From positions 248,001 to 312,000 of the forward strand of contig JAPMXV010000001.1 in NCBI GenBank assembly GCA_026936335.1: 64,000 nucleotides of DNA. Reading direction: 5' to 3'. Made by a program: the position numbers and the translations under genes. A model generated the notes under the pieces. The model searched no databases, was not told the DNA's origin, and saw only the letters and a program-made list of their open reading frames with translations. This document shows positions 49,433 through 58,600 of this stretch, piece by piece (the stretch's first letter is position 1; each line of letters begins with the position of its first letter). Source of the DNA: Mantamonas sphyraenae STR306 (Eukaryota; Protista; CRuMs).

Positions 49433-50113
49433 CTATTTGCGCAGCCTCGCGATTTCGTTCAAGATGCGTTTGCGATGCAGTCGGTTCTCAATGGCCAGTT
49501 CGTTGGCCAGCAGGTCGTCGTCGAGGTCAAACAGTAGGGCGCCGTCGACGGCGTTGTCCGAAAAGCTGGCAGCGTACTGTTCCAGCGCAGGTGACACGGA
49601 CACCAGCCACTGTGCCACCTGCTGCTCACTCCACTGCATAGCTTCTGGCGTGGGAGCAGAGGAGGAGGAGGAGAAAGAGAAGGAGGAGGAGGAGGAGGAG
49701 GAGGCGGAGGAGTTGGCAGTTGTCTTCTTGGCTGTATCTGACCCCTTGGTTTCACTACTGCTGCCCCCATGTGTTTGGGAGGGCACATTCTGTGGCAAGT
49801 CCGCGTCGGTGACGTTTTCAAGGTTCCATTGGCGTTCAAAGGCGGCGAGGAGCTTGGTGGCGGAAGCGTCGGCAACGTCGGTGGTGGAATCGAGCTGGAC
49901 ACGGGAGGCGGTGAGGGAAGGGTCTGCGCCGAGACGAACGAGGGCACGTGCCATGTCGGGTCGGTCGTGGAAGATGGCCACGTGGAGGGCGGTGCCGTCG
50001 TGGACGCCTTCGACACTGACGCGGTCGTTCACGTTGGAGGAGGACACAACCTGAAGCAACATGTCCATGTCGTTGTAGTACATGGCAGTGTCGAGGAGGG
50101 CGTGTGTGTCCAT
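49433..50113 (-). CDS. Ankyrin repeat plus SAM domain protein
   Basis: GTALHVA...LVRLGADP; SAM motif WSEQQVAQWL...VDGALLFDL...HRKRILNEI. Confidence 0.8.
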   Translation of the reverse strand: MDTHALLDTAMYYNDMDMLLQVVSSSNVNDRVSVEGVHDGTALHVAIFHDRPDMARALVRLGADPSLTASRVQLDSTTDVADASATKLLAAFERQWNLENVTDADLPQNVPSQTHGGSSSETKGSDTAKKTTANSSASSSSSSSFSFSSSSSAPTPEAMQWSEQQVAQWLVSVSPALEQYAASFSDNAVDGALLFDLDDDLLANELAIENRLHRKRILNEIARLRK

Positions 50114-50161
50114 TTTCGGGTGATTGCGGACTGGGCGAGCCGACGCAGGGCCAGCCAACCG

Positions 50162-52705
50162 ATGCTTACGCGACACACACGACGGCTGCGGACTGTGGCC
50201 AGCAGTTTGGTCACTGGCAGCAGCAGGAGCAGGACACGGAGTGGTGTGTGGAGGGTGACCGGCAGTGCAACCAGCAACCATTGGGTGGAAGGGCGTCGTG
50301 GAGTGCACAGCCACGTTTCGGCGCTGGCCATGGCCGACAGACCCCATGCGCACTCACAAGAGAAGCAGCAAGAGCGGGACAGTGGCTCAGGCGGCGTGGA
50401 GACACCCGAGCATGCGGATGGCAGCAAGGTGGAATCGCTGTTCCGCGGTCGCAAGTTCCGGCAGATGGTGACGGTGGCCAAGAATCTTGATCGGACCTCG
50501 TTGCTGGCGCTGCCTGTGGAGGCGTTGAACAGACTGATCCAGGCGGCGGCCAAGGAGAAGGAGGAAGCGGTGGCGTTGCACATCCTTCACGCCATGGAGG
50601 AGGGTGGCGAACACGTGCTGGGCGCCTACACGTACGGACTGGCGATCAGCGCATGTTCGGCAGGTGCGGCGGTGGAGGTGTTGGAGAGCATGCGGGAACG
50701 GGAAGTGGTGCCTTCCATTGTGTGTTACAACAGCGCCCTGACGGCTTGTTCGAACGAGGCGGACGCGGACGGGGCACGTCGTGTGTGGCGTCGGTTGGAC
50801 GAGGACGGAGCCAACCAGGCGGACGAGCTCACCTTTAATCTGCTGGTGCACACCTTTTGCAGGGCCAACGAGGCACCGGATGCCTTTGCCATGGTACAAA
50901 GCATGCGTGAGGCAGGGTTTGAACCCAATCGCAAAACGTACAACTCGTTGATTGCCGTGTGTGCACGCTCCAAGCGTGTCGACAAGGCCTTTGAGGTGTT
51001 TGTGGAGATGAAGAACGCAGGCATCAGCCCCGACGAAGTGTCCTTCCGTGCGCTGATGTGGGCGTGTCGGGCGTCGGGCAAGCTGGACCTGAGTCTGAAG
51101 GTGCTGGGTCAGATGGAACTGGCCGGCTTTCCAGCGCAGGAGGTGCCGTACAACAAAATGGTGGAGGCGACGGCACAGAACAACCAGTTGAAGGAAGCAA
51201 CAGAGTTGTACCAGAGGGCACGGAAGAATGGGGTGCGTGTGTCGGGCCGTGCCATGCAGGCGTTGTTTGCGTGCTGTGTGCGCTTGAACCAGGCCAACGC
51301 CGCGTACAACACCTTTCTGGAAATGAGTGCGAAGCAGAGGGCACACGAGTACGTGGCACTGCTGCAGCTGTGTGCCAAGAATGGGCAGGCACGGCGTGCG
51401 CAGCTGGTCGTGGACAAGGCCCGCGCAGACAAGGTACCGGTGACCACAGAGATGTATGCACAGCAAATACGTGCCAACGGGCGCGCGGGGCGCGTGGAGG
51501 AAGCGTTTGCCATTTACGAAACGCTGCAACGGCAGGGCGAACGTCCGGACCAGAGTGTGTTTGCGGCCCTGATCGACGTGTGCCAAAACAACGGCATGGA
51601 AAAGCGTGCAGTGAGGCTTCTGGACACAATGGTGGAGGAGCATGGCTTGCGTCCGGACCTGCAAACGTACAACAGTGTGCTGCGGTCGACCAGCGGCGTG
51701 GGAGACCTGCAACAGAGCATCGCGTTTTACGAGGCGATGCGTGGCGAGGGCGTGGAACCAAACCAGGAGACGTTTGAGCAGCTGATGTTTGCAGCGGCAG
51801 TGAGTGGACGGGTGGACATGGCGGAGGAATTGCTTGGGGAAGCTGCAGAGGTGTTGGGTGGCAGGCCAAACGTGCGCTTGATGAACACAATGATCCAGGC
51901 ATACGCGCTGCAGGGACACATGGAAGCGTGCGAAGTGATTGCAGAGCGCGTGCAGGGGAACCATTTCACACATCGGTGTCTGTTGCTGGCGTGTGCAGTG
52001 TGCGGGGACCACGAACGTGCGCTGGAGCTGCTGGACGAGCTGACACAGGCCGGCTACTACGTCGATCTGGAGTCGTCGAATTATTTGATCAAGTCATGTG
52101 TGCGAGAGGGCAGGCTGGAGAGTGCAGCCATGTTGTTTGAGCGGTGCTTCCAGCCGCTGCAGAGCGGGACGCACCCGCGCCACTTTGTGGCACAGCAGCA
52201 CGTGGCGTTCAGCGGACTGACGCAGGCGGCCCTGCAACACGGAGGAGACGGATTGACAGAGGTGCTGGCACTGGCACACAAGTGGGAGGCGTCCATGGGT
52301 GCGGAGAGCGAGGCGGCGGCGGCGCGCAGGCCACGACGCGGACGTGGTGGCGCATCGGATGCGACCGAAGGGCTGCGGTTTGCACACACAGTGGTGGCAC
52401 AGGCTGTGGACGAGGTGCAGCGTGTGACCAAGGGCGAAAGGATCCGGTTGGGGCCCGTGGTTGGCATTGACGCCTCGTCGGTGGACTTTTCCATGTCAGG
52501 GGTCAACCGCATTGGTGCAGGGCATCTGGTGGGTTTCAAGGTGGTGTACGACGCGCCGCATGACCACCAGGTGCGTGGTTTGGTGGAATCGTACGCGCAG
52601 GAACTCAAGCGAAATGCAGACGCCATGTGGGGCAACACCATGGAGGAGATGGGCCTCGTGGTGGGCAAGACGATGGAAGAGGAGGGAGAGAGTGAGGACC
52701 AGTGA
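50162..52705 (+). CDS. P-type PPR protein with a C-terminal extension
   Basis: Many PPR repeats (YNSALTAC, FNLLVHTF, YNSLIAVC, FAALIDVC); Arg-rich N-terminus MLTRHTRRLR suggests a targeting peptide. Confidence 0.85.
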   Translation: MLTRHTRRLRTVASSLVTGSSRSRTRSGVWRVTGSATSNHWVEGRRGVHSHVSALAMADRPHAHSQEKQQERDSGSGGVETPEHADGSKVESLFRGRKFRQMVTVAKNLDRTSLLALPVEALNRLIQAAAKEKEEAVALHILHAMEEGGEHVLGAYTYGLAISACSAGAAVEVLESMREREVVPSIVCYNSALTACSNEADADGARRVWRRLDEDGANQADELTFNLLVHTFCRANEAPDAFAMVQSMREAGFEPNRKTYNSLIAVCARSKRVDKAFEVFVEMKNAGISPDEVSFRALMWACRASGKLDLSLKVLGQMELAGFPAQEVPYNKMVEATAQNNQLKEATELYQRARKNGVRVSGRAMQALFACCVRLNQANAAYNTFLEMSAKQRAHEYVALLQLCAKNGQARRAQLVVDKARADKVPVTTEMYAQQIRANGRAGRVEEAFAIYETLQRQGERPDQSVFAALIDVCQNNGMEKRAVRLLDTMVEEHGLRPDLQTYNSVLRSTSGVGDLQQSIAFYEAMRGEGVEPNQETFEQLMFAAAVSGRVDMAEELLGEAAEVLGGRPNVRLMNTMIQAYALQGHMEACEVIAERVQGNHFTHRCLLLACAVCGDHERALELLDELTQAGYYVDLESSNYLIKSCVREGRLESAAMLFERCFQPLQSGTHPRHFVAQQHVAFSGLTQAALQHGGDGLTEVLALAHKWEASMGAESEAAAARRPRRGRGGASDATEGLRFAHTVVAQAVDEVQRVTKGERIRLGPVVGIDASSVDFSMSGVNRIGAGHLVGFKVVYDAPHDHQVRGLVESYAQELKRNADAMWGNTMEEMGLVVGKTMEEEGESEDQ

Positions 52706-52793
52706 GGACCGGTGAGCTGTAGGATGGGGACAACGCCGGTTGAATTGAAAACAGTCAGAGTGGACAGGAAGAATGGAAAGCAAAACTGGGTCA

Positions 52794-55425
52794 TCATTCA
52801 TTGCTGGTTGAGGGTTGACTGCGCAAGCTGGGCTGCGAGGCGATGTCTTCAGGGACGGCACCAACCAAGGCCGATGATGCAAGTGCGTCTGCAGGAGGCG
52901 ATGAGGCCGTGGGAGCGGGCGTGGAGGTGCTTGTCTGTGATTGCAGGGGTTGCATGGGAACATCGTGAGCACTGTGTGCACTGTGTGCACTCAGCGCTTC
53001 TGCAAGGAGATCGCCGCCAGCCGGGGCAGACTCGGCCGACGGTGCAGCTACGCCTACACCGATGCCCGACGATGCGACTGCGGCCTCGAGGTCGACATCT
53101 GCGTGTGCGTCAGACTCGGGCTTGGCAGAAGCGTCGCTGGAGCTCTTGGCAGCGGAGGTGTTGATGAATGGGTTGTTGACACGGTACTTGGGACCCTGTT
53201 TGGCCTGTTTGGCGGCAAGCAGGCGCTTCTTGCGCATCTGCATTGCCAGGAGGACGACGCCGCCAATGATGGAGAGGCCGCCAAAGGAAGAAGCCACAGC
53301 GACGGCAGCGACGAGCCCTTCGTCTTGTGCGCCGGTGGCAGAAGTCGCCTGTTCGATGGCAGCCGCTGCCGAGTTGGTTCCGTTGTTGCCGTTTCCGTCG
53401 CCGCCGGGGCCAGGGGTGATTGGTCCTGGCACAAACACAATGGGCAGGAGGTTGTCGCGCTGTCCACGCTTCTGTGCATCGGTGGCGAGCAGCCGGCGGC
53501 GCAGGACGCTCTGGATGACACCGGCTGGAGTCCTTTGGGAGATCAGCGTTTCGATATGCACAAAGTACACGCCTGCGGTGCTGGAGATGGCACTGGCGTC
53601 AAAGTAGACACCGATTTCGTTTGAGGCGATGCCCGAGGTGCCCGAGGGCACGACAACCGGGTTGAAGCCAGAGGGCGCGCCAGCAGTGGAGCCCGAGGCC
53701 ACGAGCTGCTTGATGTTGGCCGCAAGGACGGTGGACGAGGCCTGAGAACATCCATAGCTGTTGGGAGGGTCGTAGGTTGGCACTGCGCCTCCCTGGGCGA
53801 AGCAAACCCACAGGTTCTGCAAGGACAGGTCAAAGTTGTTCGAATCTCCCTGAGCGGTGGAGAGAGCCATGCGCAGGGCGACCTTGTCCTGAGGACCCAC
53901 AGTGGAGCCGGTGCTGGTGAATGCAGCGTCTTTGTACATGGTGGCACTTGTGGAAAGGGAGAGCGGGATGTCCTGGACGGGCGTTGCGCTGATTTCAATC
54001 CTGACATCAGCCGACAGATAGCCCCCCGAGGAGACGTTCCAGCGCAGAGTGTAGGTGCCTGTGAACGCACTTGCGTCACTGTGGCTCTCGATGGTCCATA
54101 TCTGTTCAGTGGCATTGACGGCAACGTTGCGGGAGGTGGGAAACCAGAGGACGTGCCCTGAGGGGCCAGAGGTGACTGCAGGCGAGAAAAGGTAGTGGCC
54201 ATCGTACTGACCGGCGAGGGTTGTGCGCAATTGGATGATCAGGTGATTGCTGGCGTTGGTGGCCACGTCGAAAAGGGAGACCTTGAAGTCGGACCCTGAA
54301 GTGGCGCTTGCAATCACTGTGTGGCTGGCCTGGACCTCGATGTTGAACGGATACGCGTGCTGCACACGTGTGTACCCTGCAGTGTGGGAGTTGCGGTCGA
54401 CGGGGCGCACCAGGGAGACGTACACCTTGCCCGAGTATGTGATTGTTTTTGTCTGAGCGTTGTAGGCGTACGACACGGACAGCGAATTGTTTGCGTCCCG
54501 GCAGGCCACCAGATCACTCAGCGGGCGCTGCCAAACATACGTGACGCCTGCGCAGCCGTTTGGGCTCTGCGTCCATTTGACTGCGGCATGTGCACATGAG
54601 AGCGCGGGGTCAGCGGGAGAAAAACACGAGAGCGGAGAGAAAGTCGTCTGGAGGAAGCGGGAAAAACGCCTTTCTCGTTCCTTCGGCATGCCTGTGCAGA
54701 GGTGTGGCTGCACGACGCCGCCACTGGCTCCACTACACCGCCATACACTGGAAACGACAAGGTGGAAGCGCGGGAAGGGTGTGCGTAGGCGTGCTGGGTG
54801 GTGGGGAACTGGCCAAATTGGAATTTTGTGCAGCACCGAAGAATTTTTGTGCGTCCGGACATGGAACCTACTGGAGGGTGGGTACGCCAGGTACGTGGTG
54901 GAGTTGAGAGCGCCAGCGACAGAGCTCGTGTTTGCAGCATTCCAAAAGTCGGAAAAGGGCTTTGTGGGCAGTTGGTGTGGCAGGAGAAGGAATGGGCAAA
55001 CCGCGTGTCAGATCCAACTGGGACAAATACGGGAAACGGTTGGAGCCGCGCTGGGCGCAAGGCCAGACACGCGCTGGGAGGGCACCTACCACGCCGTCAA
55101 AGCTACTGTTGAGCCTGTTTTCACACGTAGTGGGATTGTTGATGGCACGTGTGGCCGGGTCGAAAGGTGAAAAGTCGACCACCCACGTCGCGTCCTGCGC
55201 TCCCAGATAGGACACGTTGGCCACCACACGAAGCTGTCCGTTGTCAATGGTCAGGGTGACGTTTGGCTCGGGACCTGCATCAATGCCGCCAAAGGCAGAG
55301 AGCACGGGAATCTCCGGGCACTGCTCCACGTTCAGCGCAGCCGCTCCCTGCGGCAGGGTCACGCTCAGCATGAACAACGCGGCGCAAACGAACAGTAGTG
55401 CAGGTTGGAACTTGTGCACGTGCAT
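52794..55425 (-). CDS. Type I membrane/secreted protein with a FRAS1/FREM C-terminal (ZP-like) domain; one intron
   Basis: Signal peptide; LQNLWVCFAQGGAVPTYDPPNSYGC, YFVHIETL, basic site RRRLL, TM segment followed by RKKR. Confidence 0.6.
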
Positions 55426-55453
55426 GGTTCTCGGATGTGTGTGTTGCAAGGAT

Positions 55454-55555
55454 GTTGTCCAAACCAGCGCGCTGTGCACTGTGCACAGTCTCGTTGTCCA
55501 ACCAGCGGTCACACAAGTCATGTTTCCGGCTGGAAACTAGGAGCGTAGTGTTCCT
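55454..55555. promoter_or_regulatory. Structured intergenic region or possible left end of the Fanzor element: direct repeats flanking a palindrome, then two hairpins
   Basis: GTTGTCCA(A)ACCAGCG at 55454-55469 and 55493-55507; CTGTGCAC-T-GTGCACAG at 55472-55488; GTTTCC-GGCT-GGAAAC at 55522-55537; AGGAGC/GTTCCT at 55539-55555. Confidence 0.4.
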
Positions 55556-55659
55556 GTAGGCAGATCTCAACCCCATCGCCCCATCGCAACGAGCTGGTGG
55601 GTGCCAACTGGCCACGTGCTGAGCCCGTGCCAGCACCTGCGCACCCAACCCGCAAGATC

Positions 55660-58600
55660 ATGGAAGGCATCGCCGAGGATGAAGTGCTGGAGCTGGCCAA
55701 ATCAATCCCCTCTTTGGTCAACGCCAAGTTTGACGGCGAGCACTGCATGGTGGCGACACTACTCAAACCGCCCGCACCTCTGACTATGACTCCATCGGAG
55801 GACCTCTTGAGGCGGCTCTGTTTGGACGTCACACACGCTGAGAATGAGCTCAGTGATACAGAGTCCGATGTTGCAGAGGAGGAGCTTCCAAAAGATGTTA
55901 TGTCACGCGTGGAGCTGTTAGACGAAGAGGAGAGGGGACAGCTGTTGGAGTTCTCCGGGAAACGGAAAGGTCGACGAGGCAAGGACCGGTCCAAACTGGT
56001 GCATGACCACCTGGACGAGCTGGACCTGGACGAATGGCAGGTGTACTGGAATGGACTGCATGAAACAGTACGGGGAGACATGGAACGGGGCGCACAAGAC
56101 GACAGCGCAGGGGAACTGAAAGTGACCACAGAGGGGATGCGTGGCATGAAAACCAAACTCCTGTCCACCACTCTCCACGCCCTCAAATTGGCACGTACAG
56201 TGTATCACAGGGTTCTAGAGACCGTCGAGAACGAGCAGGCCCAGAGGGATGCCATGGCATCGGCGAGCAGCAGCAGCAGCAGCAGGGGCAATCGGGCAAA
56301 AGAGAAGGCCAAGAAGAAGGTCAAGAAGAAGGCCAAAGGAAAGGACAAGAAGGAGGAAGGTGTACAGTCAGAATCGCGGAGCGACAAGGAAAAGGTGGTT
56401 GATGACCTGTTCGAGCTGATTGCAGGTGGGAAGGCGACATACGAGGGCGTGGAGTCGGTGCTCGCAAACATCTCCGACTCTGGCGTGCGCAAGAAACTCG
56501 AACCATGCAAGGAGTTGTTTGGGCTGCAACATACACAACACACGGGGTGGGATGTGAACAACCGTCAGGCCTCAACCCTTGTCATCGATCTGCATTTGGT
56601 GTCGTCGACCACGATCAGGAGTCCCAATGCTTCCACAACGCTCAACTGCAGCCACAAAGTGATGAGGCAGCTGTTGTGCCTTGTACGCAGTGCGAACTAC
56701 GAGCAGATCTGTTTCGTCTCGACCAGACCCTCGTTGCAGGATGCTCTCAGCGGATTGTGCCCACCGGGTGATCAGATCGCCGCGACTCGTGCTCTGTCTC
56801 GGCTTTGCGCCTTCCACGCTCTCGGTACGAGCGCAAACAGCCGGCAGAAACGTGCCGCTGCGCTTGCAGGTTCTGCAGATGTCAGTATGGCCCAAGCAGT
56901 GTGGCTGTTGCGGAACGAGCTCTGTGAATCCGGGTCTTCCGTGCGCGAGGTGAACATCAGCGAGGCCATCCAGGAGGAGCATCTGGATGTGGTCAGCAAC
57001 AACCTGAAACTTCCCAATGTCATGTACGTGTTGGGCTACAGCGGCCAACTGGCGTGGTTGTCGCCCGACGAGGTCCCAGAGTTTCCGCTGTATGTCAAAG
57101 ACGATGGCATGCAGGAAGAGGAGGACACAGCCGACAGTGGCACGCGGGATGAGGACACAGCCGACGATGATGGCATGCAGGAAGATGAGGACACAGCCGA
57201 CGATGGCACGCGGGAAGAGGACTCGGGCGGCGATGCCTCCGACGGCGAGAATGCTCGCGAGGCTGGCGGAAAACACCGCGTCCAGCAGCTACAAACACAC
57301 GCTACGGCCGCCAAAAACAACTTGCAGCAGGCCGTACGCCATATTCATGCGTTCAACCAGGTGGTTGCGGGAAAGCAGATGGACTGGGCCAAGTTGGAGG
57401 AGATAGAAAATGAGCTGGAGCAGCAGCTGCAAGGGGCGATCCAGGAGGCCCAGGACGCAGAGGCAAGCACGACAACCATCGGCGGGTTGCACGAGTACAC
57501 GCTGGACCACAGGGTGCTGAAGCGGAACGCCGTGGGAGCGATCCTCTGTGGCCTCCACGCCGGGATGGTCGGTGCGGCGTTCACCAAGCGCGAAAGGACC
57601 CAAATCATTCAGACAGCGACATCAGAGTCACCGACAGACTGCTTTCGCTTGCCTTTCGTGCGTAAGAAGTTGCGGACATTGGTGAAAAACGCCGCTGTTC
57701 TTGGCGCTGCCTCCGCAAGAACAAGCACGGATGCTCTGCACAGCTACACGCCAGAACGCGTGGTGCAGGAGGCACTGGGCACGGATACCATGGACTGGGC
57801 TCTGCTCAACAGGCTGTGCTCCTACGCACAGGCGTGCGACGGCAACATCGATCTGCTGCGAGAGCCTGAACTGGTCGACGTCTCGGTAGAGCTGCCACAG
57901 ACACTTGCATACCACAAACGGCATGCAGTGGAGCTCAAGGATGGCAAGAGGGGGGTTGTCGTGAACATGCACTCTGTGCTCCCGCGCAACGACGACTTTG
58001 TTGACGCCGATCTCCGTGAGGGGTTCCGCGCCTTGACCAGCACACAGGCCCAGGGGGGTCCGCAACTGTCGAAAGAGGAGGCAAAGGTCATCGAAGAAAT
58101 GCTGAAGTGGTTGAAATCCAGGCAGGGAGGCACTGCCGATGGTGGAGGGGACGGGAAGGGGGTGTTGGACACCGACATCGACGCATCTGACGAGGAGCAG
58201 TCGCAGTCGAGCAGCGTGGCAAACGCGATGGAGCAGGACACAACGCTTGACACCACGCAGCTTGGTCTGCTCAAATCCCTGCTGCAGATGATGCGCTGGA
58301 AAGAGATCGCTGAGGTTACGAAATCTTTGGCCGCCGTTTCGTCACAATGGGCACCTGACCATGATTGTGAGGCAGCCACACAGCTGTGTGCTATTTCCCG
58401 GCTAGCGAATGACGTGAAGAAGGAGGAGATCTCGCGCGTGAACAGTCTGTTGCGCGGCGCGACACCGAACGCCGAAGCAGCAGCCGGGACCAGCACATCC
58501 CGCGCTGCAAAGCAAAAGGCTAAAGCAGCGCTGTCGAGTTGTGATCAAGAGCTTGTGCCCAACGGAGCTACTCTGTCCAAGGCCTTCGCCATCGTCAGGG

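Noticed and set aside
55522-55540. Helitron 3' terminus (hairpin plus CTAG)
   Set aside because: The hairpin abuts CTAG without the usual spacer, lies upstream of the ORF, and no Rep/helicase gene is present; kept only as a possible element end
57100-57222. CRISPR-like array
   Set aside because: In-frame coding tandem repeat with related rather than unique spacers
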